This document shows positions 63,328 through 64,000 of a DNA stretch of 64,000 nucleotides, in pieces. The notes under the pieces were generated by a model that searched no databases, had not been told where the DNA came from, and saw only the letters and a program-made list of their open reading frames with translations. Source of the stretch: Microthyrium microscopicum. Its lineage: Eukaryota. The stretch's first letter is position 1. Each line of letters begins with the position of its first letter. The position numbers and the translations under genes are program-made. Where the stretch lies: the NCBI GenBank assembly GCA_010405405.1, contig MU004234.1, positions 1,949,275-2,013,274 on the forward strand, given 5' to 3'.

Positions 63328-64000
63328 ATGGCAGATAGCAGAGAGCAGTCTTTCGACAAGACCTACTGGCGCACGCCAAAATCATTTAGATTCGAAGCCG
63401 ACGAACGCTGGTCCGCCGTCGACAAATACAACTGGTCTCATCTGCATGCCGGTAACACCAAGCCCGACCCCGACATGCTCGAAAAAGTGCTACAAAGCTC
63501 CACAGACGGCGGTCTCCCACCCATCGCCGTCTCACCCGCACATGGCAAATTCCTACAGATCCAAGCGCGTCTAATGGGCGCAAAGAATATCATGGAAGTC
63601 GGCATGCTAGGCGGCTACTCAACCATATGGCTCGCCTCGTCCAGCCCCGACGCCAAAGTCACATCCATCGAAATTGACGAGGACTTTGCAGCGCTGGCTA
63701 AGAAACACTTTGGATGGGCGGGCGTAGAGAAGCAGATTGAGGTCAAGGTAGGAAGCGCGATGAGCGAGATGCCGAAGCTAGTGGAGGAGGTTAAGGCAGG
63801 GAAGAGGGAGAAGATTGATCTGGCGTTTATCGATGCGAACAAGCCAAATAATCTGGAGTATTTCAATTGGTGTGTCGAAATGGCTAGACCGGGAGCGTGT
63901 ATTATCATTGATAATGTGGTACGAATGGGGCGGGTGGTTGATCCGAGTGCTTTTGAGGATCCAAATGTTGCTGGAACGAGAAGGGCGATTGAGGCAATTG
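63328..64000 (+). CDS. O-methyltransferase family 3 (CCoAOMT/COMT-like), runs off the window end
   Basis: Open frame from ATG 63328: LPPIAVSPAHGKFL, MEVGMLGGYSTIWLA, LAFIDANK, IIIDNVVRMG. No stop before 64000, so it is absent from the ORF track. Confidence 0.9.
   Translation, partial: MADSREQSFDKTYWRTPKSFRFEADERWSAVDKYNWSHLHAGNTKPDPDMLEKVLQSSTDGGLPPIAVSPAHGKFLQIQARLMGAKNIMEVGMLGGYSTIWLASSSPDAKVTSIEIDEDFAALAKKHFGWAGVEKQIEVKVGSAMSEMPKLVEEVKAGKREKIDLAFIDANKPNNLEYFNWCVEMARPGACIIIDNVVRMGRVVDPSAFEDPNVAGTRRAIEAI

Overview
Gene-dense, intron-rich region of a filamentous ascomycete (Pezizomycotina) nuclear genome. Evidence: short GT-AG introns with CTRAC branch points, a dispersed 5S rRNA gene and fungal-type orthologues. 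I can support about 25 protein-coding genes. Conserved genes include MET10, facB/acu-15, FTA4, UBC8, FOX2, KAR5, MRPL6, MET22, an Obg-family GTPase, an HGT1-like transporter, CDK1, a HECT E3, MEU1, ALT1, RPN7, ABD1, HIS6 and an O-methyltransferase. Accessory-type genes include a cutinase, a kinase-HET fusion, an MFS permease, a GAF hybrid histidine kinase and a GH18 ENGase. There is also one 5S rRNA gene, one tRNA-Met gene and a 229-bp MITE. The standout feature is the elongator tRNA-Met(CAT) gene at 24454-24608. Besides its normal 37/38 tRNA intron, it has a 52-nt spliceosomal-type intron (GTAAGT...CTAAC...TAG) in the 3' strand of the acceptor stem; only removing it restores the 7-bp stem and discriminator base ahead of the Pol III terminator. 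Second is UBC8, whose conserved protein requires a single-nucleotide exon (an ATG codon split over three exons) plus 3-nt and 8-nt microexons. All gene identities come from motif recognition by eye, and exon models were assembled by hand; no database search was run.
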